Below are positions 61,801-64,000 of a DNA stretch of 64,000 nt, piece by piece. The notes below the pieces were generated by a model that saw only the letters and a list, made by a program, of their open reading frames with translations, did no database searches and was not told the DNA's origin. The stretch is from Selaginella moellendorffii (taxonomy: Eukaryota > Plantae > Lycopodiophyta). The first letter of the stretch is position 1. Every line of letters begins with the position of its first letter. Location of the stretch: contig NW_003314318.1 in assembly GCF_000143415.4 (NCBI RefSeq), positions 682,001-746,000 on the forward strand. Direction: 5' to 3'. A program made the position numbers and the translations under genes.

Positions 61801-64000
61801 AGATATGCCGAGCTTTCACACTAAGCAATCTAACCGTGTATCACGACTCTGGGGCATCCCCCGCTTGGTGGTGTGCCCAAGCTAGTCTCCTTACTAAGAG
61901 TCCATGACCATCGAAAAATGAGTGTCCTCATATTCCAAACCATCACCTCGCTCTAGTGAGTTGGGACTCAAACCCAAGCACTAAAGGGTCAGGACTCGAA
62001 CCCAACCTCCGTATATGCATCTACGGATGGCATCACACAGGATGTCTAGCGTGACTCTCCACGCCAATGCACGAATTTATACTTAAAGCGCGCTACAAAT
62101 CACTACTTAGGAACCTAATTCCTCCACACTGCCAAGACCTCTTACTTGACAAATTTGTGATCCTGCATGGACTCCTCCATGCTTGGCCCCATGGGCCACC
62201 CCTTTGAAGTTGGCTCCTTCAACTAAGGTATTCGTTCCCTCGACTTGCCAATCTCACTTAACAAGTCATCTGGCCACCGTAACATGGTTCATGCATAAGC
62301 GTGAAAGTCCTTAACCATTGACTTTCATTCAAAGCTCTTTCTTTGAACACTCGGGAACTACTTCCCCAACCTCGATAGCCTCGCCTCATGGCAAATTTCA
62401 AGACCACGCTTCTGATGCGCCACTCTGATTTTGCACGTTCTATGAACCATTTACACTTGGCTAACTAGGTACTTATTTACCTAGGGGAATGTTCAAATAA
62501 CTCTGTTCCTTAGCTTGCTAAGGTCTCTCCTTTCGCAACCTTTTCAATTACTATATAGTCCTACATGGACAATCTTATGCTTTAGACTTTCCATGGCATC
62601 CTGGTCGTTAGTAACAACATGCTTAAGGACCCACTTGATTCTCCACTCCCAACTTGTATAACCACCCTTGGTCATGTCTGTCAATTCCTATAATTCGGTT
62701 TTATCCTTTTACTACTTGCCTTTTGGCTTCATACATTTCTTTTGGTTATTCTTCTCCAGACTAGGAAGATAGCTTTACACTTTCTACCATGCCTTAGCAA
62801 GTATTCATAGGGATGAACTTACCCGACAGCCTAGGGAGTGGTTCCTCGATTTGATTTTTCTCACCTTGTAATCTCACACACTGGAATTATCGTTGCTACT
62901 TTTGGGCCTTCATATGCCCATCACTAGCCTCGCCAAAATCCCCTTTTTGGCTTTATCCAATTTGGGTAGACGGACTTTTCCCGTCTCCGTAACCTTGGAC
63001 ATTTGGATAGCACCTTCTATCTATCATTCACTAACGACTTTGTCCTTTGGGCATTATCCATTGCCTTCATGACACCAAACACTACCTTCTGGTGTTCTAG
63101 AGTGTTTGGGTGTCCCAATGATGGCCTCTCTGACAATGAACAATCCCCTTTCGACATTGACTTACTATATCGTAACATAAGCAATTTATCCCCCATAAGG
63201 GTATATCTAACTTCTTTATCCCAATAAGAAGTCTTAGGTAGTTGCCTTCTACCAGTTTAACGAATTATTTTGCACCTTTTGCTTAGTTGCCTCATAGTTG
63301 TCAAGTCCTACAACTCATTGCTAGTGCTTCCACACCTCCATCATTATCTGGGTCACCGCACTCTAACCGCATGTCTTCTAGTTTAGGCTATGCCATTCCC
63401 ATTTCCATTAGGATTCCTTTGGAAGGGATTCTCATAAACCTGCTAACTTGACCTCAAGGTAGCACGCCTTGGCACCATTGGTATCTCCACACCATCAGCT
63501 CCACGAGCCTACCTTTATGACATTTCTTACTTGTGTCTAGGTCTTTTTGCCATGACCAATACGGTTGTCTCTTATGCCAATTATCCATTAGCACTGCACC
63601 ATAGAGTGCATGCACAACTTTGTGTTAAAGTTGTTTTTCTTCTGGGAAACTTTTTCCCACGACTTTAGCATAGCACCTTCTGCCATCAATGAGATACACA
63701 CTGTTTTCATGCTTGGATCTTAAGATCCTCCCCATCCTTTGTGGGGCACCACACGCCTCAGTTTAAATGCTTCCATCAATCCCTTAGAATTATTCCTTGA
63801 CTTTATTTGAGTCATCTAGCTTTTTGGACTTTGTTAATTCGACGACCCATGAGGTCCTACTTTTGAGGTGCCAGCTCATTGGAATACAACTCCTTATATT
63901 CATGTCCTACTCACAAGGACCATCTTTGCAAGTGTTACTCCGACACTTGATTTTATTATCTAGAGGCAACCTTTTGCCCCTTATGACCACCTGTCCATGT
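58820..64000 (-). mobile_element. Family B (LARD-like) copy 2: 3' LTR 58820-60485, non-coding internal region running off the window
   Basis: The LTR matches solo LTR 24773-26415 in reverse; the internal region is colinear with 8074-8346 and 29641-32840. Confidence 0.85.

Overview
Eukaryotic, almost certainly land-plant, repeat-rich DNA. It shows TTTAGGG units, tRNA-iMet-type primer-binding sites and very short 38-55 nt GT-AG introns; the intron size suggests a compact lycophyte genome such as Selaginella (inference). The window is mostly nested transposons. Main contents: (1) an apparently intact 3-exon Crinkler/RHS-type NTPase + restriction-endonuclease-fold gene (973-2757, -). (2) A young, intact Ty3/Gypsy chromovirus, family A (51262-58794; 1148-bp LTRs; GGATC TSD). 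Its integrase is split by two spliceosomal introns that are also present in an older copy (8347-29635, -), and a third candidate intron would give Gag-only protein. (3) A 12.9-kb DDD-transposase (Sola-like) DNA transposon (10880-23773; 24-bp TIRs; TGTG TSD). It carries a divergently transcribed multi-exon ParB-like / methyltransferase-like / FCP1-NIF phosphatase gene and about 22 dispersed copies of a 22-bp palindrome seen only inside the element. (4) A non-coding LARD-like LTR family (B) sharing cis signals with family A. (5) Decayed Gypsy (families C and D), Copia and Harbinger remnants, microsatellites and a 100-N gap. Family letters are my own labels. All domain calls come from motif recognition by eye, not from database searches.
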